The notes beneath the pieces are model-generated. The model saw nothing but the letters and a program-made list of their open reading frames with translations, ran no database searches and was not told the DNA's origin. 63,272 bases of DNA from an uncultured Bacilli bacterium (GTDB lineage: Bacteria > Bacillota_I > Bacilli_A > RF39 > UBA660), in the NCBI GenBank assembly GCA_947589515.1, contig CANQBE010000003.1:1-63272 (forward strand), given 5' to 3'. Shown here piece by piece: positions 1-9,531 of the stretch. The position numbers and the translations under genes are program-made. Positions within the stretch are counted from its first letter, which is position 1. Each line of letters opens with the position of its first letter.

Positions 1-67
1 CTGGGACTAGTTCTTCCATTGTAGTCATTAAGATTTCACTTTGAATATTTTTATTTATTGTTATCAT
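1..67 (-). CDS. 5' end (22 codons) of an ORF running off the window; possibly an IS1182-like transposase N-terminus
   Basis: ATG at 67 on the minus strand gives MITINKNIQSEILMTTMEELVP, preceded by a purine-rich RBS-like stretch and TGnTATAAT. Q..m..leeLVP resembles the start of IS1182/IS5-type transposases, but only 22 aa are visible. Confidence 0.35.
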   Translation of the reverse strand, partial: MITINKNIQSEILMTTMEELVP

Positions 68-196
68 TTTTTCACTTACTTTCTTTATATAATCCTCTTA
101 TATTATAACATGATTACACAAAAAAAGTAAGAACAGTAAGCTTTAAATTTGGATTATATAAAGCGTTCTTACTTTTTCATTATACAACACTTTTTT

Positions 197-254
197 AAAA
201 AAAGAAAGAGTATTGAACACTTTGTCAACACTCTGACTTCACAATTTGTGAAGT
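197..254 (-). terminator. rpsD intrinsic terminator (two hairpins)
   Basis: Arms 207-216/225-234 followed by a U-tract on the minus strand; second hairpin ACTTCACA/TGTGAAGT at 236-254. Confidence 0.65.
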
Positions 255-261
255 TTTATTT

Positions 262-864
262 CTATCTGTTATAGAATTCAACAATTAATGATTCATTGAT
301 ATCTGCATTAAGTTCGTTTCTTTCAGGTAATCTAACAAGTTTACCCTCTAATTTCTTTTCATCAAATGTTACAAATTCAACTCTCTTAGTTACTTTTTCT
401 AAAGAAGCTTTAATAGCTGGATGATCTTTTGAATTTTCTTTTACAGCTACAACGTCACCAACTTTTACACGATATGATGGAATATCAACTTTATTACCAT
501 TGACAGTAATATGTCCATGATTTACTAATTGACGAGCTCCACGACGTGTAGTAGAAAGACCTAAACGATAAACAACGTTATCTAATCTAGACTCTAATAA
601 TTTTAAGAAATTTTCACCATGAATACCTTTCATTTTTGCAGCTTCATGGAAAGTTTTCTTAAATTGTCTTTCATTTACTCCATACATAAATCTAACTTTC
701 TGTTTTTCTTTTAATTGCTCTCCATAGTTAGATAATTTTCCTTTACGATCTTGTCCATGTTGACCAGGACCATAAGGATGACGTACTAATTCTTTTCCTG
801 TTTCAGAAATAGAAAATCCAACTCTACGAGCTTGTTTGTAACTTGAACCTGTGTATCTTGACAT
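262..864 (-). CDS. rpsD: 30S ribosomal protein S4
   Basis: MSRYTG...PGQHG...[13 protein letters not shown]...[11 protein letters not shown]4 signature; GGAGG RBS. Confidence 0.99.
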   Translation of the reverse strand: MSRYTGSSYKQARRVGFSISETGKELVRHPYGPGQHGQDRKGKLSNYGEQLKEKQKVRFMYGVNERQFKKTFHEAAKMKGIHGENFLKLLESRLDNVVYRLGLSTTRRGARQLVNHGHITVNGNKVDIPSYRVKVGDVVAVKENSKDHPAIKASLEKVTKRVEFVTFDEKKLEGKLVRLPERNELNADINESLIVEFYNR

Positions 865-879
865 AATGCCCTCCTTCGA

Positions 880-1015
880 TATTTTGTCATAAACATCGAA
901 CCCTATAAAATCATTTACTAGGGAGTTTATGTTTCAGAATTTCACTAACAGTGAAGTTACTATTCATTTCATAAACACATTAATAAACTTTTTATAGCAC
1001 TGTTCTTGAATATGC
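880..1015 (-). ncRNA. Probable S4 autoregulatory leader (rpsD 5' UTR)
   Basis: ~150-nt UTR between promoter and RBS, with GUUUAUG/CAUAAAC pairing (970-976 with 925-931), an internal UUCACU/AGUGAA hairpin and GUAA. Bacillus rpsD is known to be autoregulated through its leader. Confidence 0.55.
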
Positions 1016-1022
1016 AGTTTAA

Positions 1023-1051
1023 ATTATATATAAAATAACGATTTTTGTCAA
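1023..1051 (-). promoter_or_regulatory. sigmaA promoter of rpsD
   Basis: Exact TTGACA-17 nt-TATAAT on the minus strand. Confidence 0.9.
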
Positions 1052-1179
1052 TCATTTTCCTATATTTTTATCTACAATCTTTTTTTGAAACAATGAACAA
1101 TAAAAAAAGTCAAAAAAAAGAATAAAAATTAATCTTTCTATGATAAAATATAATATAGAAGATATGGAGTGGTTGCATA

Positions 1180-2895
1180 GTGAATGGTGTTTATCTATTA
1201 ATAGCTACTTTTTTTATCATTGCAGTTATCTTAGTAACTGTTGTTTTAGTATTGATTCAAAAACATAAATATCATATTTTGAGACAAGAAGTAGAACAGT
1301 TGGATAAAGAAAAAAATCTAATTGCAAGTACCCCAGTATTATCAGAATTGGCTAAAGTAGAAGCAATTGTGAAAAATGATAAAATGGAAGAAAAATATAA
1401 AAATTGGCAAAAAAGATTTCAAGTCCTAAAAGAGGATAGAATTAATCAAATCAATGATATGATTACAGATTTAGATATTGCTACTAGTCAAAAAGATTAT
1501 AAGCATATTGATCAAAAATTAGCAAAAGTAGAAATGGAAATTTACAAAGTAAGAGAAAGTGCCAATGAATTATTAAGTGAAATTCAAGAAATTACAGTAA
1601 GTGAAGAAAAATATCGTAGTATTATTACGAAATTAAAAACAAAATATCGCCAACTAATGAGTGAATTTACAAATCATAAAGAAGATTATGAAGATATTAC
1701 GGAAGCCATAGAATTACAGTTTGAAAATATTGAAAAAAGATTTTTAAGTTTTGAACGTGGGATGGAAAAAAATGAATATGATGATGTTGCTCATATTATA
1801 AAAGCCTTAGATACTATGATTGATCATATGTCTATAGTAATAGTAGAAGTACCTAATTTAGTATTAATGGCAGAAAAGTTAATACCGAAAAGAATCGAAG
1901 AAATTATAGAAACAAATCAACAAATGACAGATGAAGGATATCATTTAGGATATCTAAATATTGACTATAACATGGAAGAATGTAATAAAAATGTAAGTAA
2001 TATCTTAGATCGCATTCGCGTTTTAAACTTAGAAGATTGCATGTTTGAACTAAAGACTGTTTTGGATTATTTAGACTCTATTTTTAATCAATTTGATCAA
2101 GAAAAATTAGCTCGTAAAAGTTATGAGGAACTATTAGAGGAATTTTCAAAAAAATTAAAGAAAACAACGAAAATTATGAAAGATGTAGATTCGCAGTTAG
2201 AAGATCTTCAAAATATGTATGATCTAAAAGAAGAAGATTTGGAAGGAATCAAAGAAATTAGTTTGCGCTTAACTTCTATTACGAAAGATTATAAAAATTT
2301 ACTTGCCGAATCCAAAGAGGAAGATAAACCATATTCTCATTTCTACAAACAGTTAGAGATGCTAATGAATTTACTGGGTGAATTAGAACAACATTTAGAT
2401 GATAACCTAAAATCACTTGGTAGTATGCAAGATGATGAAGAAAGAGCACGGGAACAATTAGAAGAAATTCGTGATTTATTAAAACAATGCAAATTAAGAA
2501 TACGCAGTTATAAACTACCAATTATTATTAATAACTATTTTGTAGAATTATCGGATGCTAACGATGCTATCAATGAAATTGTCAAAGAGTTAGATAAAAA
2601 ACCAATCATGATTAAAGTTTTAAACACAAGAGTTGATACTGCCAGAGACTTAGTATTAAAACTCTACAATACAACTAATGATATGATAAAAACAGCACAA
2701 CTTGCAGAAATGGCTATTGTTTATGGAAATAGGTATAGAAGTGAAACAAATGAAATCGATAAAGGATTAGAAAATGCTGAAATGCTATATCATAAAGGAA
2801 GTTATAAAGAAGCATTAGAAATCTCAATATCTACGATTGAAATCATGGAGCCCGATTTTCATAATCGATTATTAGAATTATATGGAGATAGGTAA
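1180..2895 (+). CDS. ezrA: Septation ring formation regulator EzrA
   Basis: N-terminal TM helix, long coiled coil, C-terminal YGNRYR patch; conserved position between rpsD and iscS/thiI. Confidence 0.9.
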   Translation: MNGVYLLIATFFIIAVILVTVVLVLIQKHKYHILRQEVEQLDKEKNLIASTPVLSELAKVEAIVKNDKMEEKYKNWQKRFQVLKEDRINQINDMITDLDIATSQKDYKHIDQKLAKVEMEIYKVRESANELLSEIQEITVSEEKYRSIITKLKTKYRQLMSEFTNHKEDYEDITEAIELQFENIEKRFLSFERGMEKNEYDDVAHIIKALDTMIDHMSIVIVEVPNLVLMAEKLIPKRIEEIIETNQQMTDEGYHLGYLNIDYNMEECNKNVSNILDRIRVLNLEDCMFELKTVLDYLDSIFNQFDQEKLARKSYEELLEEFSKKLKKTTKIMKDVDSQLEDLQNMYDLKEEDLEGIKEISLRLTSITKDYKNLLAESKEEDKPYSHFYKQLEMLMNLLGELEQHLDDNLKSLGSMQDDEERAREQLEEIRDLLKQCKLRIRSYKLPIIINNYFVELSDANDAINEIVKELDKKPIMIKVLNTRVDTARDLVLKLYNTTNDMIKTAQLAEMAIVYGNRYRSETNEIDKGLENAEMLYHKGSYKEALEISISTIEIMEPDFHNRLLELYGDR

Positions 2896-2985
2896 ATCTT
2901 CTTAAAAATGAAAAGAATTCTTAGGAAAGTATAGAAATGTACTTTTCTTTTTGTTATACTAAGAGTGCTGATTGGTGGTGGTTTT

Positions 2986-3543
2986 ATGGTTGATTTTGAT
3001 TTATTTTTAGAATCTAAAAAAGAGAAAATAGATATTCAAAAGTATATTAAAAATTTGGAATTACCAAGTCGTATTCTACATATTTTAGAAGAAAAAGATT
3101 ATGCTACAGAAGATCATTTTCTGGAAAGTTTAAATCGAACTACACTAGAATACACTAGTCATTATCTATTTCCAAATAAATGGATAGCTTTTTATCCGCA
3201 AATGATAAAACGTCATGCAACACATGATACTGTATGTAATATCTCAGGAGCCATCATCAAAAAGGGAAGCCTTTATTATACCTATCATCCATTTATGGAA
3301 GATTTAGAAAATGGCAAAGTATATACCATTAAGAAAAAAATTAGTGTAGAGTATGCTTTCATCGACTATTTTCCTAAAGATTTATTTACTTATGAAGAAT
3401 GGTATTATCGAATCAAAAATGCATATTATGAGGAAAATGATAGTATCATTGATTTTTATAACTTAAGTATTTCTTGTGGAGAAAACTGTTTGGAACCTTA
3501 TGCACTTGGACCAAGTAAAAAAAGAAAGAAAGTGAAGTTATGA
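2986..3543 (+). CDS. Hypothetical protein
   Basis: Open frame; ATG at 2986 behind GGTGG preferred over the track start at 2965; ATGA overlap with iscS. Confidence 0.7.
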   Translation: MVDFDLFLESKKEKIDIQKYIKNLELPSRILHILEEKDYATEDHFLESLNRTTLEYTSHYLFPNKWIAFYPQMIKRHATHDTVCNISGAIIKKGSLYYTYHPFMEDLENGKVYTIKKKISVEYAFIDYFPKDLFTYEEWYYRIKNAYYEENDSIIDFYNLSISCGENCLEPYALGPSKKRKKVKL

Positions 3544-4661
3544 TTTATCTAGATTATAGTGCAACAACGCCAGCAAATCCTGAAGTTGTAGATACCTTTT
3601 CAAAAGTTAGTTTAGAGTATATTGGAAATCCTAATTCTCTACATCAATTAGGAGTAGAATCCAAAAGATTAATGGATGCTTCCACAAAGCAGGTTGCTGA
3701 ACTTTTAAAAGTAAAAGAAGAGGAAGTTATTTTTACAAGTGGTGCAAGTGAATCCAATAATTTAGCGATACGAGGAGTCTTGGAAAAATATCCAAATCGT
3801 GGTAAGCATATTATTACGACAAAATTAGAACATTCTAGTGTATTAGAGTGTATGAATTATTTAGAAAAAATTGGCTATGTTATTGATTATGTCAATATTC
3901 AAGAAGATGGGTTAGTGGATATTTCTCATTTGAAATCACTATTAACCAAAGATACTGTTTTAGTGAGTATTCATCATGTCAACAGTGAAGTTGGTTTTTG
4001 TCAAAATGTAGAAGAAATTGGCAAAATTTTAAAAGAGTACCCAACTACTATTTTTCATGTAGATGGTACACAAGCAGTGGGAAAGATACCTGTTAATTTA
4101 GAAAATATTGATTTATATAGTTTTAGTAGTCATAAATTTTTTGGATTAAAAGGATCTGGTTGTTTAATCAAAAAAAGACATATTGAACTAGAGCCTATGA
4201 TACATGGTGGAAAAAGTCAAACCAACTATCGAAGTGGAACACCAGCACTTGCTCTGATAGCATCAACTAGTAAAGCATTGCGCTTAGCACTCACTGATTT
4301 AGATGAAAAATATAAGAAGGTAGAAAAACTTAGTAAGCTTTTAAAAGAAAAAATTTCTAACATCGATGGTATTGTTTTAAACAGTAATGAAAATTGTATT
4401 CCTCATATTGTGAATATGAGTATTTTAGGAATTAAACCAGAAACGATGTTACATGCTCTAGAACAAAAAGAAATTTATATTTCTACCAAAACGGCATGTT
4501 CTAAGGATAATAGTAATTCCTTAACATTGACTACATTAAAAAAAGAGGATTCCATTAGTGGTCATTCCATTCGTGTAAGTCTTAGTTATCTAACAACAGA
4601 AGCAGAAATCAACATTTTTGTGGAAAACTTAAAAAATTGTATTCAAAATTTAAAATTTTAA
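3540..4661 (+). CDS. iscS: Cysteine desulfurase (IscS/NifZ type, sulfur donor for ThiI)
   Basis: IYLDYSATT, FTSGASESNN, HVDGTQ, SSHKF (PLP lysine) and STKTACS (catalytic Cys); adjacent to thiI. Confidence 0.95.
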   Translation: MIYLDYSATTPANPEVVDTFSKVSLEYIGNPNSLHQLGVESKRLMDASTKQVAELLKVKEEEVIFTSGASESNNLAIRGVLEKYPNRGKHIITTKLEHSSVLECMNYLEKIGYVIDYVNIQEDGLVDISHLKSLLTKDTVLVSIHHVNSEVGFCQNVEEIGKILKEYPTTIFHVDGTQAVGKIPVNLENIDLYSFSSHKFFGLKGSGCLIKKRHIELEPMIHGGKSQTNYRSGTPALALIASTSKALRLALTDLDEKYKKVEKLSKLLKEKISNIDGIVLNSNENCIPHIVNMSILGIKPETMLHALEQKEIYISTKTACSKDNSNSLTLTTLKKEDSISGHSIRVSLSYLTTEAEINIFVENLKNCIQNLKF

Positions 4662-4717
4662 AAAAATATTCACAATTTTTGTGGAAAAAGTATAAAGAAA
4701 AGAAAGCAGGGAAAACT

Positions 4718-5902
4718 ATGGAAAGAGTAGTATTAATTAAATATGGAGAATTAACTACGAAAAAAGGAAATCGCAAATTTTTTATTAATACACTATACCA
4801 AAATATTCAAAAAAAACTAGCAGGACTGAATATCAAAATTAGTCGCGATATTTCTCGTATGTATATTGAATTTTCTGAACAAGAAATTGATACTGTTTTA
4901 AAAAAAATCAATCAAGTTTTTGGAATTCATTCTTACCAAATTGCTTATAAAATAGAAACAGATCTAGATAAAATAAAGGAATTAGCCATTTTCTCGATGA
5001 AAGAAAAAACAGGTACTTTTAAAGTAGAAACGAAACGTGTTAATAAAAAATTTCCAATTCAAAGTACAGAATTTAGTAGACAGATTGGTGGATTAGTTTT
5101 AAAAAATAATAGTAATTTGACAGTAGATGTCCATAATCCCGATACTACTTTAACGATTGAAATTTTAGATCGTTATACCTATTTATATACGGATAAATAT
5201 TTTGGACTTGGTGGTTATCCTGTTGGTGTACAATCAAAGGGAATGTTAATGCTAAGTGGTGGAATTGATTCTCCAGTTAGTGGTTATTTGGCATTAAAAC
5301 GTGGTGTTAAAATTGATTGTGTATATTTTGAGGCAATTCCCCATACAAGTATAGAAGCAAGAAATAAAGTAATAGAATTAACCAAAAAATTATGTCAATA
5401 CACAGATACTATTAAACTGCATATCGTACCATTTACGAAAATTCAAGAAGAAATTTATAAAAAATGTAATCCAGAATACTGTATTACTATTATGCGCAGA
5501 ATGATGTATCGTATTATGGAAAAACTTGCTAAAAGGAATAAAGGATTAGTCATTATTAATGGTGAAAGTATTGGACAAGTTGCTAGTCAAACCTTAACGA
5601 GTATGTCTGTTATTAATGCCGTTACCAATATGCCTGTTATTCGACCTGTTGCTTGCTTAGATAAATTGGAAATTATTGATATTAGTAAAAAAATCGATAC
5701 TTATGCAATTAGTATTTTACCATATGAAGACTGTTGTACAGTATTCGTACCCAAACATCCTGTTATTAATCCTAATATTTCTGAATGCTTAAAAAATGAA
5801 GAACAGTTCGATTATGAAAAATTAATAGAAGAAACAGTAAATGAAGTACAGACTATTGTGATTCATGAAGAAGAAAAAAAAGAATTTGCATCTTTATTGT
5901 AG
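4718..5902 (+). CDS. thiI: tRNA 4-thiouridine synthase ThiI
   Basis: IKYGELTTKKGNR, THUMP domain, PP-loop SGGIDSPV, PYEDCC; start moved to ATG 4718. Confidence 0.97.
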   Translation: MERVVLIKYGELTTKKGNRKFFINTLYQNIQKKLAGLNIKISRDISRMYIEFSEQEIDTVLKKINQVFGIHSYQIAYKIETDLDKIKELAIFSMKEKTGTFKVETKRVNKKFPIQSTEFSRQIGGLVLKNNSNLTVDVHNPDTTLTIEILDRYTYLYTDKYFGLGGYPVGVQSKGMLMLSGGIDSPVSGYLALKRGVKIDCVYFEAIPHTSIEARNKVIELTKKLCQYTDTIKLHIVPFTKIQEEIYKKCNPEYCITIMRRMMYRIMEKLAKRNKGLVIINGESIGQVASQTLTSMSVINAVTNMPVIRPVACLDKLEIIDISKKIDTYAISILPYEDCCTVFVPKHPVINPNISECLKNEEQFDYEKLIEETVNEVQTIVIHEEEKKEFASLL

Positions 5903-5926
5903 GTAAAAATTACCATAGTAATTTAT

Positions 5927-5955
5927 GTATGAATTGTTAATATTTTCACATTCTA
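5927..5955 (+). promoter_or_regulatory. Putative sigmaG (forespore) promoter of sspA
   Basis: GTATG-17 nt-CATTCTA fits the sigmaG consensus GHATR...CATWHTA; sspA is sigmaG-dependent in B. subtilis. Confidence 0.55.
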
Positions 5956-5978
5956 TAAATGTATAGGAGGTGAAACAA

Positions 5979-6194
5979 ATGAACAACAATTCAAATAACT
6001 CTTCAATGAAGATGAGAGTACCAGGAGCTAAACAAGCTATCGACAAAATGAAATACGAAATCGCTAACGAATTTGGTGTAGCTTTAGGTGCTGATACTAC
6101 TTCTCGTGCTAATGGTAGCGTTGGTGGTGAAATCACTAGACGTTTAGTTCAATCAGGAATGAACAATATTAGTGGAAGTTACCAAAACAAATAA
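5979..6194 (+). CDS. sspA: Alpha/beta-type small acid-soluble spore protein
   Basis: [21 protein letters not shown]...[16 protein letters not shown]; GGAGG RBS before ATG 5979; follows thiI as in B. subtilis. Confidence 0.95.
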   Translation: MNNNSNNSSMKMRVPGAKQAIDKMKYEIANEFGVALGADTTSRANGSVGGEITRRLVQSGMNNISGSYQNK

Positions 6195-6220
6195 TGATAT
6201 TAATGTAAATTAATAAAACG

Positions 6221-6256
6221 ATAAAATAAGATGGGTTTCCTATCTTATTTTATTTT
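6221..6256 (+). terminator. sspA terminator
   Basis: ATAAAATAAGAT...ATCTTATTTTAT inverted repeat followed by T's. Confidence 0.7.
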
Positions 6257-6276
6257 GTCTATCCTTCCAGTAATTC

Positions 6277-6305
6277 TTGAAAAAAACTTGATTTTATGAT
6301 ATAAT
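6277..6305 (+). promoter_or_regulatory. sigmaA-type promoter of the HA-repeat gene array
   Basis: TTGAAA-17 nt-TATAAT with extended -10 TG. Confidence 0.7.
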
Positions 6306-6336
6306 AAGCTGCAATTGTATAAGAAATGGGTGGTTA

Positions 6337-7596
6337 GTGATGAATATTAATCAAAAATGGATGGAAAAATATGAATTATTGAAGGAATATAAAGAAGAAT
6401 ATGGTCATATTGATGTTCCAGCCTCATATGAAAAAAATGGAATTAAACTAGGTAGTTGGCTATTAATGCAAAGACAAGCTTATAAGGGAAATAGAAACTA
6501 CAAAATATCTGAAAGCAAAGTCCAATTATTAGAAGAATTAGGAATTAATTGGCAAATACGTAATAAAACCTGGGAAGATTATTATGAACTTTTAAAGGAA
6601 TATAAAAAAGAACATGGTAATATTGATGTCCCAATTTCTTATGAAAAAGATGAAATGAAATTAGGAATTTGGTTATATAATCAAAGACAAATCTATAAAG
6701 GAAAGAAAAGTGGAAGTTTAACAGAAAAACAAAAAGAACTACTAGAAGAGTTAGGAATCAATTGGAAAATAAGAGAAATCAGCATGATTTGGGAAGATTA
6801 TTATGAACTACTAAAAGAATACAAAAAAGAACATGGAAATATTGATGTCCCATATCATTATCAAAAGAATCAAATTAAATTAGGTGCTTGGTTACATAAT
6901 CAAAGACTAGCATATGAACAGTTAGGAACTTGTAAATTAACAGAAAAAAGAATACAATTATTAGAAGAATTGGGAATCAACTGGCACATTTTTGATCAAA
7001 AGTGGAATCAATATTATGAATTATTAAAAGAATATAAGAAAAAATATGGTAATATTAATGTTCCATATTCTTATGAAAAAGATGGAAAAAAATTAGGAAT
7101 CTGGTTATCTAATCAAAAACAAATTTATAATGGAAAAACAAAAGGCAATTTAAATGAAACTAGAATCCAATTATTAGAAGAATTAGGAATGAGTTGGGAC
7201 AAAACACATAGAATATGGCATGACTATTATGAACAATTAAAAGAATATAAAGAAGAACATGGAAATATCGACGTACCAACTTATTATCAAGTAAATCAAA
7301 TAAAATTGGGTGTTTGGTTACATCATCAGAGACAGGCATATAAAGGACAAAAACCATATGTAATCACAAAAAATCAAATAAGATTACTAAATGAATTGAA
7401 TATAGATTGGAGTATTCAAGATACCAAATTTTTACAGAAAACCATAAATGAACAAACACAAGAAAAATACCAACAAATTTTATTAGAACGCGTAAACCAT
7501 ATTATAGATGATTTAGTATATGAAGGTATCAACGATATTGATGCTACCAATCAAAAAGAAATAGAAAGAACCTTGATTAAAAGAATCTGGAGATAG
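6337..7596 (+). CDS. Stand-alone HA (helicase-associated) repeat protein 1: 5 repeats + C-terminal cap
   Basis: Five ~71-aa units W..YYELLKEYK.EHG.IDVP..Y.....LG.WL..QR..Y......T..Q..LLEELG..W, matching the PF03457 pattern; no helicase motifs. Confidence 0.85.
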   Translation: MMNINQKWMEKYELLKEYKEEYGHIDVPASYEKNGIKLGSWLLMQRQAYKGNRNYKISESKVQLLEELGINWQIRNKTWEDYYELLKEYKKEHGNIDVPISYEKDEMKLGIWLYNQRQIYKGKKSGSLTEKQKELLEELGINWKIREISMIWEDYYELLKEYKKEHGNIDVPYHYQKNQIKLGAWLHNQRLAYEQLGTCKLTEKRIQLLEELGINWHIFDQKWNQYYELLKEYKKKYGNINVPYSYEKDGKKLGIWLSNQKQIYNGKTKGNLNETRIQLLEELGMSWDKTHRIWHDYYEQLKEYKEEHGNIDVPTYYQVNQIKLGVWLHHQRQAYKGQKPYVITKNQIRLLNELNIDWSIQDTKFLQKTINEQTQEKYQQILLERVNHIIDDLVYEGINDIDATNQKEIERTLIKRIWR

Positions 7597-7608
7597 AGGT
7601 AATATAGA

Positions 7609-8859
7609 ATGAGTCATAATCAAAAATGGATGGAAAAATATAAATTATTAAAAGAATATCAAAAAGAGTATGGCAATATTGATGTCCCACAATCTTATGA
7701 AAAAGATGGTATGAAGTTAGGACAATGGTTAGCAACGCAAAGAAAAGCATATAAAGGAAAAGGGACTAATAGAATCACTCAAGATCAAATTAAGTTATTA
7801 GAAGAATTAGGAATCCATTGGCAAGTACATAATAAAACATGGGAAGATTATTATGAACTACTAAAAGAATATAAAGAAGAGCATGGAAATATTGATGTTC
7901 CACAAGCTTATGAAAAAAATGGTATCAAGTTAGGAATTTGGTTACATAATCAAAAACAGGCATATAACGGAAATGGACGTAGTAGCATCACTCAAGATCA
8001 AATTAAGTTATTAGAAGAATTAGGAATCCATTGGCAAGTACATAATAAAACATGGGAAGATTATTATGAACTACTAAAAGAATATAAAGAAGAACATGGA
8101 AATATTGATGTTCCAAACTTTTATGAAAAAAATGGTATGAAGTTAGGAAAATGGTTATCTACACAAAGACAAGCATATAAAGGAAATAGACGTAGTAGAA
8201 TCACACAAAATCAAATTAAGTTATTAGAAGAATTAGGAATAAGATGGAATCCTTATGATCAAAAATGGAATGACTACTATGAATTATTAAAAGAATACCA
8301 AGAAGAACATGGAAATATTGATGTTCCAAACTTTTATGAAAAAAATGGTATGAAGTTAGGAAAATGGTTATCTACACAAAGACAAGCATATAAAGGAAAT
8401 AGACGTAGTAGAATCACACAAAATCAAATTAAGTTATTAGAAGAATTAGGAATAAGATGGAATCCTTATGATCAAAAATGGAATGACTACTATGAATTAT
8501 TAAAAGAATACCAAGAAGAACATGGAAATATCGACGTACCAACTTATTATCAAGTAAATCAAATAAATCTAGGTGTTTGGCTACATCATCAGAGACAGGC
8601 ATACAAAGGACAAAAATCATGTGTCATCACAAAAAATCAAATAAGATTACTAAATGAATTAAATATAGATTGGAATCTTCGTGATACGAAATTTTTACAG
8701 AAAACCATAAATGAACAAACACAAGAAAAATACCAACAAGTTTTATTAGAACGTGTAAATCATATTATAGAAGATTTAGTATATGAAGGTATCAACGATA
8801 TTGATGCTACCAATCAAAAAGAAATTGAAAAAGTAATGATAAAGAGAATCTGGAGATAA
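7609..8859 (+). CDS. HA repeat protein 2: 5 repeats + cap
   Basis: Same repeat pattern; repeats 3 and 4 are an exact 213-bp duplication. Confidence 0.85.
   Translation: MSHNQKWMEKYKLLKEYQKEYGNIDVPQSYEKDGMKLGQWLATQRKAYKGKGTNRITQDQIKLLEELGIHWQVHNKTWEDYYELLKEYKEEHGNIDVPQAYEKNGIKLGIWLHNQKQAYNGNGRSSITQDQIKLLEELGIHWQVHNKTWEDYYELLKEYKEEHGNIDVPNFYEKNGMKLGKWLSTQRQAYKGNRRSRITQNQIKLLEELGIRWNPYDQKWNDYYELLKEYQEEHGNIDVPNFYEKNGMKLGKWLSTQRQAYKGNRRSRITQNQIKLLEELGIRWNPYDQKWNDYYELLKEYQEEHGNIDVPTYYQVNQINLGVWLHHQRQAYKGQKSCVITKNQIRLLNELNIDWNLRDTKFLQKTINEQTQEKYQQVLLERVNHIIEDLVYEGINDIDATNQKEIEKVMIKRIWR
8088..8531 (+). repeat. Perfect 213-bp tandem duplication (one HA module)
   Basis: AGAAGAACATGGAAATAT starts at 8088, 8301 and 8514; 8088-8300 equals 8301-8513 by inspection. 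Confidence 0.9.
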
Positions 8860-8890
8860 CAGTAATAATATATAAGGAGGGTCATCACTT

Positions 8891-9502
8891 ATGATTTATA
8901 ATCAGAAATGGATGAGAAAATATGAATTATTAAAAGCATATCAAAAAGAGTATGGCAATATTGATGTACCAACTGATTATGAAAAAGATGGCATCAAATT
9001 AGGAATCTGGTTAGCTAGTCAAAAGCAAGCTTACCGAGGACATGGAAGTAGTGTACTAACAGAAGAAAGAATCAAACTATTAGAAGACTTAGGAATGAAT
9101 TGGGAAAAAAGAGAGAAAAAATGGAATCAATATTATGAATTACTAACAGAATATAAGAAAGAACATGGCAATATTGATGTTCCATACTTTTATGAAAAAA
9201 ATGGAGTTAAATTAGGAATCTGGTTAACAAATCAAAAACAAGCCTATAAAGGACAAGTACCTTGGAAAATAACAGAGAATCAAATCAAATTATTAAATGA
9301 TTTGGAAATAGATTGGAGTCAAAATGATACCAAGTTTTTAAATAGAAAAATAAAAAGCACAACTACAACTACCTATCAACAAATTTTATTAGAACGCATC
9401 AATCATATCATGGATGATTTAGTATATGAAAAGATTAATGATATTGATGCTACCAATCAAAAAGAAATAGAAAAAATTTTGATTAAAAGAATTTGGAGAT
9501 AA
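8891..9502 (+). CDS. HA repeat protein 3: 2 repeats + cap
   Basis: Two HA units, then the DTKFL...LERINHI.DDLVYE...KRIWR cap. Confidence 0.85.
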   Translation: MIYNQKWMRKYELLKAYQKEYGNIDVPTDYEKDGIKLGIWLASQKQAYRGHGSSVLTEERIKLLEDLGMNWEKREKKWNQYYELLTEYKKEHGNIDVPYFYEKNGVKLGIWLTNQKQAYKGQVPWKITENQIKLLNDLEIDWSQNDTKFLNRKIKSTTTTTYQQILLERINHIMDDLVYEKINDIDATNQKEIEKILIKRIWR

Positions 9503-9531
9503 CAGTAATAAGATAGAAGGAGGTTATACTT

